This document shows, in pieces, positions 40,951 through 53,000 of a DNA stretch of 64,000 bases; position 1 is the first letter of the stretch; each line of letters begins with the position of its first letter. The translations under genes and the position numbers were made by a program. The notes below the pieces were generated by a model that was not told the origin of the DNA, made no database searches, and saw nothing but the letters and a program-made list of their open reading frames with translations. Source of the DNA: Tubiluchus corallicola. Taxonomy: Eukaryota; Animalia; Priapulida. The DNA lies in NCBI GenBank assembly GCA_030141605.1, contig JAQGDQ010000253.1, positions 1 to 64,000 on the forward strand. The letters are read 5' to 3'.

Positions 40951-41839
40951 CCTATGCGGTTGGGCACATCTTGTATGACCAGACATACTCGTAGTGTCGC
41001 TTCGAAGGGCACACAGAAAACTGAAACAAGGGTCGTTACATCACAGCATTTTCTGATTGAGTAAAGCAGTCACTGCAAATCGATAATTAGGTCATTTCAA
41101 ATCTAATTCCTTTTTACAGAACAAGTATTCTTACATTGGGATTACAACGTCTGTGCCTTGCAAGTGTAGCCGGAAACAAAATACTCTTGTCACGTTGAAA
41201 ACTGTTAATGCTTTTCAAAGATAAGTATGATTTTGCCGGACTGCTTATGTTACTTACTACTTAATGCGTGATAATGGCTACTCGTGCACGAAGATAAATT
41301 CATCATAATGTGACGATGCGAGAAAAATTAACATATAAGGTTTTGCAGGTGAAGGAAGTCAAACAACAACATCATAACATTGACGTTACGTTACTGGTGT
41401 TGATCGGTGAAAATCAAGACAGCGCCCAAAAACTAGATCAGTCAATAAAAAAATGTCACCCCAACTTTTGGCATGGCAGTCTTATAAAACGTTTTGAAAA
41501 ATTCGACGAGATTATGATACTTGGGCCTGTATTTGTATGTATCTGAGAAATATGGCTGCCATTCGCCTCTAGCAAACAATGACTGTTAAGAACTCTCATC
41601 TACCTTTTGTCTTTTCTCCTACTGAACGAAAACGCAAGTGTGGAAAAAGCCGAGATGGCAGACAAGACTTTCTCCATCAAATTAATTAAAATGAAAGAAA
41701 AAGCGACAGCAAATGTCAACAATCACGCAAGTTTTCCTGGTAACACCAATAGCTGCACTTAAATAGAGCGATTAATTCAATAATTAATTTAATGTGGCTT
41801 GCCGAAATGCACAATTGAAACCCGATGTTGTTCTTCCTT

Positions 41840-41965
41840 GGGTGTAATCACCCACTTCGTGCCAGTTCGCACTTTGCCAGTGTTATATATCGCCAGTGAA
41901 TCGTATCGGCAGTGTGTCATTTCGTCAGTGTATCATTTCGTCAGTCTATCATTTCGCCAGTAGAT
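41840..41965. repeat. ~15-bp tandem repeat (TCATTTCG(C/T)CAGT core)
   Basis: About 7 diverged units; resembles the terminal array of a non-autonomous DNA transposon. Confidence 0.65.
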
Positions 41966-42740
41966 ACTAGAAATAGAACAAATGACGCAAAGACAATGTG
42001 ATGCACTGGCACTTTATACCACTGATGCTTATTTAACGCACGTGGATTTTTTTGTAGTATATATTGTATTTTGTAACATGGTTTTACCATCAGTGACCTT
42101 TACATATTCAAAGCATCATGCTTGCGCGCACAAACTTTACACAGCATTGCACACAGTCGATCATGTGCATCTTTTATTCAGAAACTTTGCAGACATCACA
42201 GGCGCCTCCAGAAACTATCAATAAATCCTATTCGATCTTATTATCTTCTGTTTAAGCATTCCGTAATAACTCATGCAGAACTTATTTTAACAGAGCTGCC
42301 ACTAAGTGGATGTACGTGGCACACAAGTAAGGGTATTTTCCGGCTATAAATAATAAATGAAAAATAATTGCGTTATGCCGCAAGGTATTTTCAAGAGCGC
42401 ATTCTGACATCATTGCAAAGGAATCAATTAATAACGTTAAAATACAAACGTGCCGCCAAAATTAAGTAATAACAACTTTTTACTTAATCAGAAACTTAAA
42501 AAATATGCTGTTAATGTAGCGTATTTATGTGGTCGGCCAATGCCATTATGTCGACACTGTCGACGACTTTGGTAATAACTGATGCAAAGTGATATAACCA
42601 GCAATTACTGCAGCAGTAAGGTAGAGTTGCGCTTACTTTAAAATGCTGCTACTTTAAATTTCGGTACGTGTACTTTTATTTTCTACATGCTAGAAAACTG
42701 ACTAAAAACTTGTTTTTAACTATTTTACAGTAAATATTAG

Positions 42741-43260
42741 CTTTGAAACGTTTCGGCACAACCCTTTGGCCATTCTCAAGTACCTAAAGATTAAAACTTA
42801 AAATTCTAAAAACAGCACAAATATAGAACATAAGTATCGTAGATCATTACACACTTGAAACAATGATGGCGCAATAGAATTCCCCTGTTTGTTCAGTCGT
42901 ATTTGATTTTGCATTTCTGAACAAGAGAAATAAGTAAAGTTTGATTTCAGCCCAGTGCATTCTCTCAAGCGAATCCCAACTGCCAAATGATCCAACTCTC
43001 TGGTGTAAATAGCGAGTGGTGTAATCCACATTTGAAGCGATACCCCAGGGACGATGAAGTTACTAACTCAGACTTCTTTTCATCATCGAAAATAATCCTC
43101 CACTTTTCCACTTATAAAACACTCGACTAATGTGTAACCCGAATATGTCACTTATTACCAATATCCAAATTTGAATTTGTGTGAATGATTTTCATCTTAA
43201 TAAAAGGCAGGATAATTTTGCTTTTTCCTTGATGGATGAAACAGACGGATGCTGCTCAAT
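42741..43260 (-). mobile_element. Penelope-like retroelement 3' remnant (GIY-YIG region) ending in a hammerhead-like motif
   Basis: Minus-strand fragments IILPFI, SSLGYRFKCG, TRYLHQRV / IRLRECTG and RLNKQGNSIAPSLF occur in PLE order, followed by TTGAGAA-T-GGC...GCC-GAAACGTT at 42779-42747. Confidence 0.65.
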
Positions 43261-43298
43261 TGTTCAAACGCAAACAAATTCAAGTGCATATTATATAA

Positions 43299-43625
43299 GG
43301 GCACGTTCAGACTAGCGAGTTCTCTCGCCAAGTTAACTCGCTATAAAACTCATCAAGTAACGCAAGCGTATTCAGCCTAGAAACCAAAACTTGGAGCCAG
43401 CTACTCTCCGACAATATATACGACCTGACACTTAATTCCTTATTCACGCTGCAACAAACTCGCCGATTCGTTCACACTATACAGTAACTCGCAGGAAACC
43501 AACTCGCGGCAACTGTTGGAGAGTTTGCAATAACTTGCCGGCAGTAACTCGCAAAGCTGTTCAGACTTACGAGTTTCTGTCAGAGAAAAATTTGGCGACA
43601 GAAAACAGCTAGCTTGAACGCGCCA
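43299..43625. mobile_element. PIF/Harbinger-type MITE, 327 bp
   Basis: TAA on both sides (43296-43298, 43626-43628); TIRs GGCACGTTCAGACTAGC / GCTAGCTTGAACGCGCC; internal repeats of GTTCA(G/C)ACT and AACTCGC. Confidence 0.8.
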
Positions 43626-44959
43626 TAAAGCACTTGCCACAAAAAATCTGGAGCCAGAGCTGAATAAACGACGCTTAAGCTCAAGAAAGCTGCTTTTTGA
43701 TTTTGAATGCTAAACTTTATCTTTAGATGCTTAAAAAAGACCAGAGTCTGTAGCCAAAACGTTGCAAAATTGTTAGAAAGCACCAAAATTAGAATTGCTT
43801 CAACTTATTTGGCGATGTCAGCTATTTCCAAATTATGACCTTGATCTCTGGCCTTTAATCATTTCCCTTCTTATACATGTCAGATGGAGAAGACGTCGAT
43901 ATAAAAAAACAGTTCTGGTAATTGTAAATGCATTGTCCAGCCATGGGCAAAATAAGGACGGTCAAGCTAGAATCTCCGAACGATGGTCGGATAAACAAAT
44001 TGATAGAAAGAAACACTGTACTTTCCTCGGCCCGCTAGCTGATTATTATGTACAATAGACCGCAGCCGGGAGTTCATATCCTCAAAGGACAACATCCCTA
44101 TAAGCTCCGCGCATGCATTAATGCAGTCCATTTAAATTTAAACCCTACACGCATCCATTAAAGCGATTACAATTATATAATACGCACAATAAAATTAGGT
44201 GAATTACTTGGAAATTTGCGGCGTCTAATATTCACAAAGGTACAATTAGAACCATTCATTAGCGCGCTTTTATGACGAATCTGTTGTCGTAATTCTACTC
44301 TAACGATGCGTTAAAATTGTGAAATATAAACTTGTAAAACGGATTGGCAGCGCTTTGCGTAATTAGTGTCAGAAAATATTAGGGTCGCTTTACATTTTAT
44401 TTAACTTTTTTAATTTATGCGCTTTCTTTTTTCTAGAAAATGATCGATCAAATCGCCTGTGATGATGAAGTCACCAGCACATCGAAGATAATCATGTTAA
44501 AAGGCAAGTTGTACAAGTGATTGCCGCTATTACTAGATAGCACAGCAATTGTAATCGCTAAACAAAAAATCGTTATATTTTTTATTTTTATCAGCACATT
44601 GTTTGGCTGTGACAGGCTGACAGCATCAGTATTATCAATGAAACTGTAAAGACCATAATTAGATTCGCTCCATCGCCATTCGTCCTGTTCCTATTCCTCT
44701 CCGGCTTCCTCCTGACTTACCATCATTATCATTGCGATAACGATCACAAAGTTGCTTGTTATTTGTTTTAGCAATACAAGAGTAAAATGATTGACTATAA
44801 AAGTTTTCCTAACAGCACCAGTGTCATCAATGCACATATTTTTATTATCGAATTATTTTTCTAAATCTCATCAAAGTTCTTGCAAACACTGATACTACAT
44901 AATCAACCTCGTTACAGTTAAAGTTGCCGTCATGTCATTCATTTTCACTGCATACCTTA

Positions 44960-45350
44960 AAACCGTCATTGTAACTACTGTTCAACTTCATCGACATTAT
45001 CATCGACACTATCATCACCACTACCAACAACAACACTATGTGTCACAACACCATCACTCTACTATCACCATTACCATGGCCATCACAACCCAGCACACCA
45101 ACACTGCCGCCGTTGCCGCCACAGACACTGGTGATATTGCTACCACCATTACCACTATGCACACACATACACATAGAATCAGCACCAACAACAATACTCC
45201 ACCATCAACACGAACACCCCACCACGTACACCATCACCATCACTGACACTGCCACTACCACCGCAGCCGCCAATGCGACTGCCACTACTACCAACACCGC
45301 CACCGCCGCCACCGCTCACGCCAAAATTGACACCACTGCCGCTACTTCAG
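44960..45350. repeat. Degenerate (CAC/CAT/CGC)n trinucleotide tract
   Basis: Direct reading; source of His/Thr/Ala-rich ORFs. Confidence 0.9.
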
Positions 45351-45469
45351 TCACCAAACGATGTTGGTTATGTTTAAATGATTTAACTTGCAAAGTTGAA
45401 AAGCTCTTAATGCAAATTTTTAACGTAGTCATTATTTTACGGAAGTTTTGGAAGCACAACAGATCTTAC

Positions 45470-45571
45470 CTTCTTTTCTTCTTTTTCTCTTCTACTTTTG
45501 TAATAGGAAGCCATCGTCGTTCCCAGCCCGAAATATTCAAACCGACTACACGGTCCTTCTGTGGTCAGCAT
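45470..45571 (-). CDS. Candidate alternative first coding exon (MLTTEGPCSRFEYFGLGTTMASYYKSRREKEEKK|)
   Basis: ATG, 34 codons, consensus phase-0 donor AAG|GTAAGA; preceded by a plausible 45-nt GT-AG intron (45722-45678) and a 61-nt upstream exon (45783-45723). Confidence 0.5.
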
Positions 45572-48500
45572 ATCGGATCGTGTCCAACTCTTGGAATAGT
45601 TTTAAAGAAAGTTCTAAGGTGGATGGCCATCGCGTTTGAATGCGTCAAACTGCTCGACGCAGCGTCACCACTTGAAACTAGAAATTTGAGGCTATCTTGT
45701 CACAAACGCAGATTAATCTTACTTGACAAAGTATTCTTCTGTGCTTCTTTGATTTTGATTTGAACGTTTGCAGTAATTGTTACCTAAACATATGGTAACA
45801 CAAAAAAGTTTCATTGTTGATAAAGTGATGGTCAAGTTAAGACCTAATGAATAACTGCTGAGTGGTCGAATCAAGTGACTTTGTAATGAAAACATGTCAA
45901 CCTAAGTGCACATCACACAAGCACCAAATGTGAAGACCTACACGCAATACATATGATTGAGTGAGTCGTAGTGGAGACCCCATATGTCAGCTGATCAATA
46001 TTACATTAAACATGACTAGGTGGAGGAGCAAAAGTGAACGGAGGAGTAATTAAAGCGATCTGATTGATTTTTATGTAGAAAGCAAAAGTCAATGTGCGGC
46101 TTGTTCAGTGTCCGCTGTTCTTGACTTCACTAAACTTGACTTCTATGTAGGCAATGTTAAAACTGGCTTTTCAAAACATTCATTGCAAATTCAAAGGTCA
46201 CTGCCAAAGGCAACTGAGCTGTTAATGGCATCATCATCATTGCCATCGTAATCATAACCGTTGTTGCTTTTAATTGCTATCACTGTTGTCGTCATTGTTG
46301 TTACCGCTGTTGTTGTAGTCAATGTTGCTTTCTGTGCTACTGCAGTTATTAGTGTATTAGTGCATACAACCTTGTATAGGCTATTGAAGCACTACTGTTC
46401 GTACTATATGGTGTTCGATAAAGCGACGTTTCGCTTACTTTTTACAACCGTTTGATTTTTTACAAGATCGCTGCACGGTAAAAACACTCTCGAGATTTCA
46501 CGCGTCGAGAAAATGTGACGCGTCTCCGTCAACAAACGTTATTCTAGTTGACAGGAAGCATAATCGTGCGCTTTTTAGCACACCATGTTTAATGGCATGA
46601 AGTCTACTAAAAGATGAAATAATCGTTGTTTGACCTGTATGACAAATATCACTGCAGCCTGTCACTGACGTCAACAGGCAGCTTCAAAACAACATTAGTC
46701 TTCATCTCGCTGCAAACACCTAGATAAAGTCGCTTTTCATTACAAAGACCGGAAAAAAATTTTGATTTCAAAATCACGCAAACTCGTATTAGAAAAGTCG
46801 AATACGTGCAAATTATAGAATCGAACCGATCAACAAAATGGTAAATCTTGCCTTACAATTTATAAGCAGTTAAACTACGTAAAACGTCTAAAAACTTGAT
46901 GAAGTTTCTAGATTACTTTCGAAGCAACGCGATATTCAAGAAACTACATTAAGAACTAAATTGTCCTCCGTACATGAAATATGCAGAGCACCAATAGAAA
47001 ACTAACTCACATTAATTAATCCTGAAGAGTTTTTCGCTCAGCAAATAAACGCTTATCAGTCAGCCGCTATCTCTTTGATGTTCTGCATAACAAAATGCCG
47101 CGTATGTAACAAACATGTTTGGCTTCGTGCAAGTGCGAGCCAGTGAATATCTTCACAGAATCTTGACAGTTTCAAAAGAGGTTGGTGTAACAAGGTCCAT
47201 TCATGGTAAAGAAGCTTTCTTTCGGAGTTGATTGATCACTCGGTTCTTTCATTGCACTACAGGGGAGAGGATGAGCTGGTGGTGGAGTGTCTTTTTAATA
47301 ATCCGGTGTTAGTTCATATTATTTCTGCTAAAGATTACATAATGAACACTTTCCAAAGGCTGTTCCAAAATACCCCATAATTATTCTGTTGCAAAGTTAA
47401 AGTGTCACTTTAGAAGTCTTTGGCCGCCTCCCTTTTGGTCAGAATTGCGTTGGTTCATCCGAAAACATATTGGATACATTATGCAAAGGGATGGATGTAG
47501 TAGTATATGAAGTGTTTGAAGAACGCTGGACATCTGTCAGGTCCGGTCCAAAACGACATTAAAAACGGATGATATGTAATTGGAAATTTGAACTTTGTCC
47601 TGATGATGAGAGGCGCAAAAATGGCAAAAATGGTTGGACCCTTGCGGCGCTGCGCTCAAGCAAATCAGGCGAGCATTTTGATTCATTAATACATCAGTAG
47701 GGGCCCATCTTGATTCCATTTAGTCAGCATTATAGGTCAATTTTCTTACATAAGAGCGAAGAAAACAGAAGAAATCAAGCCCCGGTCATTAATCGATTAC
47801 TATAAGACGCGTGAGTCACTCTTATGGGCGGACAGAAAGCACGAAATTAGCATAAAATAAAACAATAGCGCCAACTAACTTGAAAGCAACAGATTGGCAA
47901 TCCCTTTTCATTGCAATATTGATAATTAATTATGCGTCCTTAGCACTTTTGCAAAAAAGTTTCTATAAAACACAAGAATTAATTAATATATTAATTCAGA
48001 TCCGCCCTGTCCAAGTCAAAGAAACTCCAGACAACCTGACTCCAGATAAGTTCCCGAAACCAGATCATAGTAACGACTTATCATTTATTTTGTCATGCCA
48101 AATTACGTTCGCTTTTTGTTTGTTTTTTCTAAGAGTATTTTTGGTGATAACATGAAATTTAGAAAAAACTCTCTAAAATTCTTCCATTAGGTATTGATTC
48201 CAATTTAATATCCCGCAATCCACAATACACTATCCAATGTACTAGAGCACTCACTTTAACGATTTATAAAACTTCTTGTTTTACAAACACAAGTTATTCT
48301 CATAATTTGAAAGCTAAATTCCACTGACATAGATCTTGACATCGGTGCCAAAATTATTAATCGGCATCGATTATGTTTAGACCATTTCTTAAATTTAGAA
48401 AATTTAGGTTGGTTCGTTTAGGATCAGCTCATAGTGTTAAGTTTACCGTATCGGTCAGTTTTTAGTTCAACAACATTAGCAATTATCGGCTTCGGATCAG

Positions 48501-49923
48501 ATCTGTAAAATTACCAACCAGTGACACATTTCTGCAGCAAAATCGCAAATGAATGATTTCATTTAGACTCGAGTCAAATAATTACAGACTTCACGCGCTC
48601 GGTCATCTTTGATACAGATGTGTGTATTATTTCAGTGGGACATTAATTTCCTTTTCTGCCGAAATATCCCTTACATCTGGAAGCTATGGAAAGCAGATTT
48701 GCACAACCGTACTGAAATAGTACGCTTCGGCAGCGCGCATGCGCAAACATTTATAGCAAATTATTTATACAGTTTCTGTTAGCAACTTCTGTTAAATCAA
48801 ATTTTGAAAAATAATAAAAATAGACATTTATTAAGATTAAAATGTTCTGCCATCATACTAAAATATTTAACAAGTTTCACGAGTTCGATGTTAGAAATTG
48901 CTGAACATTCGAAGAAAAATATGTCTAGATAGTACTTACTGGGAACTTCTACTCAAGTTTCTTCTAATATTACTATTGTTAGTATTTACAAAGTTTCTTT
49001 GGTGTTTGTGATCTCTCAACAATTTTTTTGCATTACAGGTAACTGGAGGGCTGTCAGGCCATGGCTCTTGACCCACTGGTCTTCCATCACATTTTTGGCT
49101 CTGACACAGTTCCTCGTGCGGCTTTTCCTCCTTTTTCTAATCATTCGAATCAATTACCACTTTCCCCAAAAACGATAATCGCTTTACTAAAAACAAACCC
49201 CGACTTTAATGCTTATTATCTACACATTGACCCCAGACTGTACATTAAACCCAAATTTGAACACTAATAACAGTGAACTAAACCACATTGAGGAAAACAA
49301 GTATGCACATAAATGGGGTTCAATAATTATCAGGCCGAGAAGTAAAATGTTAAGTGACGCTAAGAAGTCGATAATCAAGACCTCATGAGCAGAAGATCTA
49401 TTGCGCCAAGTGATGAATTGATGTAGCGTGACAAAGATCGATACCCGCGTTATGACAATTTGCAAAAGATAAAAGTGTAATTTGTTTAACAGCAACTTCC
49501 AATAACTGAAATGGAGACAATTTTTATAGTTGAAAAACTCAGAATAAAATAACTGTACAGCCAATAAGAGACAATAATAAAATAGTGAAAGCAAAACAGG
49601 AAATGAGTCGTCAGATAAGTTTCTCGAGTTTAGTCTCTAATTTCCTACCTTAACTCCCAATATGACACACAGCCAGGTGAACAAAATTCAGTAAATTCAT
49701 ATTAGCTAACAATAAAGTAACGGCAGCAAAAAATCAAAATAATTACAAAACGAAACAATTTTCTTAAGACTGATTAATTAATCTCAGTTATATTCACTGA
49801 AACACGGGGTGCTTCCCTTCCAGAAGACATTTGACATGTGCAACTTTAGCTAATAATAAAGTCAATTGAATAGTTTTAAGTAAAAAGCTCGTTTAGACAT
49901 TGGACATTACTTTCTATACTTAC

Positions 49924-50001
49924 CGTTTTCAGAAGCGTCCTGGCGCTTGAGAATTCAGCAACAGGTGAGCAGACAAGGTGGATGTCAGCTTTTGAATTCA
50001 T
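49924..50001 (-). CDS. Candidate alternative first coding exon (MNSKADIHLVCSPVAEFSSARTLLKT|)
   Basis: ATG, 26 codons, phase-0 donor ACG|GTAAGT. Confidence 0.42.
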
Positions 50002-53000
50002 CTTTAAACATCAAAGAAAATTTACGTAGTAAAATCTTATCCAAAAGTCCATTTCATTTTTTCACGAAAAATCTTCGTATCACAAAATTTTCATTCAAAA
50101 GTAAAATTCTCACTTATTTCCCGTGCTCTGTGAAAATCTATAAATTTATTCACGCATTTATTATAATTTGATCGTGACATCAAATTTCACCTTACAGGGG
50201 GCAATTTTATCAGCATTTTTAATGTTCTTAGAAAAGCTTGACACACTGTTATATGTATTGCCGGCATATCTTCCAAAAATAATGGCAAGAACACATTTGA
50301 ACTAACAACCAGAGCTGTGTATTTTTCTTGTCGTGCGAATTTTTCCTCCAACACAATTTCTGTTTTGCGCGCGTGAACCCAAAGCAATAAAATAAATCAG
50401 AAGAGACAACCAAGTTCCAATGAAACAACAGATTCAAGCAGATGCAAATAACTGTTCAAAATAAGCGCGAAGGTCAGTTTAAAATTTGAAGCAAATATTT
50501 TTACTTATATTCATCAGTTTCTAGTTTAAATAATGGTAACTCCATACCGTACAATACCATAGTACAAAACAGATTTATCTCTTGAACGCCTGTCCGAATA
50601 ATATCAAAAGCGAGCAAGTGTGCGTAGAAAGGTTAAACAGAACCACATACGTCTTTGAAATTGTCAAACTGTCTCGACTGAAAATTCTATATGCTCTTCA
50701 TCTGCAGCTAAAAGAGAAAATACTAAGCAACACAACTGCAAACCAATACAAAACACTTGTATCAGTGCTAACACCATACTTATTAGGCTCTGTTTTTTAT
50801 AAACAAAAAAAAATTAACCTTTGCTGATGATGCACTTGTGAAGATTACAACAGAAAGCGCACAGTATTTACTAACCAAAACTCTATGACAGTATGTTAAA
50901 ATGAATAGATGTAACTGTTGGGATGTCTAGAGCTTCAAAAGCTTGTCCGATTTGAAATTACATCATTTCCGCTGACAACAGATTGGGCACAATATCCTCA
51001 TTTCCGTGTTGCACAAATAAACAAACAAACAAATAAAGCTAAATAAATGGCTTCAACTTGTGCCATCAGGGAGAGAACTTCCAAATGGGAAGCCAATGCT
51101 ACTATTTTATAGTACGCCGATAACTCCATAGTATAAACACACGCCAACGCGAAGTAGATTAAGGCTTTGAGAACCAAAGAATTCCTTCGTCATAAGTTCT
51201 TAATAGAAATGCGCCGGAAGGCTGGCTGCATCAGTACCACATGCGGAGGTAATGTTTGTGCAGACGCTGTTTACTTTTCATGTTGTACTGCACACAATAA
51301 TAACGCTTCAAAAGATTAGAAAATCATAACAACCTACACGTATTTAACAAACTGGTTCTTTGATTAATATGAAATACTAGTATGAAATGTTAGTATGTAA
51401 TTAGTATGATTAGTGTTAGTACTTGAACGGTTAGGAAATGCATGTCCTACATTGCACCTTATAATTATTGTCGCCACATCCACATCCACAATGGCTTACA
51501 CTGTTATTCTAGACCACAACTGCTAACATGGTGTGTTTAATGTACTGCGTAATTCTAACGTAATTAGTTGTACTCCACTAAAGTAAATATGCATACAAAA
51601 TGAAATCCCGCTTTTTTGAGATAATTGATTAGGACGATAAACATGTTTGTCAAAAAATATTAAAGAAAAAATTGCCCACGATTTAGTATATGTTTCCTGG
51701 GATTTTAAAATTACAATAATAATGTACCATACTTTATATGCTAAATCATAATAATAATAATAGATCTAATATTATAAATGTTGACGCTTGTTTTTACACT
51801 ACATTGACTACCCAATAGTAAAGGAGAACCCAAAGTGATTTCGGTAGGTCCAGCCACTACTGTGCTCTCACACTTAATAATTAACTGCTAGCCAACAAGA
51901 GCGATAGCAATACAGTAGAATGCTACAATAATGAACAAAAAAATTTGTCACTATTCTATATATTCTCCAAAAAATATCCTTATCTGGACTGTGATGCATT
52001 CAAAACACGAAATCTTCAAAACATTTTAAACAATGGCACTTTGTTTTACAACATTTTAATTACAGCTCTGCTAATTACGTTGGCAATAACACTTGTCGTC
52101 TTTCTTGATGCAACTATAAAAGAAAACTGTTAACAAAATGCCGCAAGATTTTTTAAACTTTCTCACTGAACTACAGTTTTTATAGCATGACGCACTTGAT
52201 ATTTGTAGTAGAAATGGGCGCTGACAAATGTTCGACAACTAGATGGTTGCGATTTTTGGGTACGATAAAAGTTGCAAGACAAAAGTTGGAAATGTCTAAG
52301 CCCTTACATTAGGCTGTATCATCTAAAATTTCATTCGATTCACGCCTGTCGTGTAAAATTGCTGTAAAATGAAGCAAATGAACAACTAGAGAAACACTAG
52401 AATAGATAAACATTAACCGACACGCGAGCATTGTAAACACAGCCAAGCGGAAACAACGCATGACTCATTAATTTAATCAAAGCTATCACTAATGAACGGT
52501 GGAAAATAACCTCTAGGAAAACCACGAAAATTCGCAGTTAATGCATAACAAAAATTTAAAGAATAACAGCGAAAATTACGTCTTTAGCGCAAAAATATTA
52601 TTATTACAATATAATATCGTAATAGATATATGAATTGTAATTAATGTGTTGTGTTTTGACTAACCGCCAAAGACATGATCTGCATTTTTGGCAATGGCAC
52701 ACTGACTCACCCACTGTTAATTTTCTTGATGTCAATATTGTTATTCAAATCCAATGTTATTGCTTTGACGGGTTTTGTTCCTGAAGCGTACCATGAAATG
52801 GAGGCGACACCCTAGTCTATCAGTGACACCCATCCCATTCAGGAAAAATAATGAGAATGTGATATTGATATCAGAGCCGCCTTTTTTCAGACAATACAGG
52901 CTCATCTTTGTGCTTACTAACAAACACTCGGGTTTCGTGGTTTTCATTGCTTGTCTTAGAAACCTTATAAGCCATAAAAACCTTAAAAATATAAACCTTA

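Noticed and set aside
45470-45783. Spliced frame VTITANVQ...GHDPIC*PQKDR with one in-frame TGA (45567-45565) as selenocysteine
   Set aside because: No selenoprotein family motif or SECIS recognised; the alternative ATG-initiated phase-0 frame explains the donor more simply.
50824-50875. Further hammerhead-like strings (CTGATGA...GAAA here; also ~21158 and ~45844)
   Set aside because: Missing the NUH cleavage triplet or core nucleotides; at most heavily decayed remnants.
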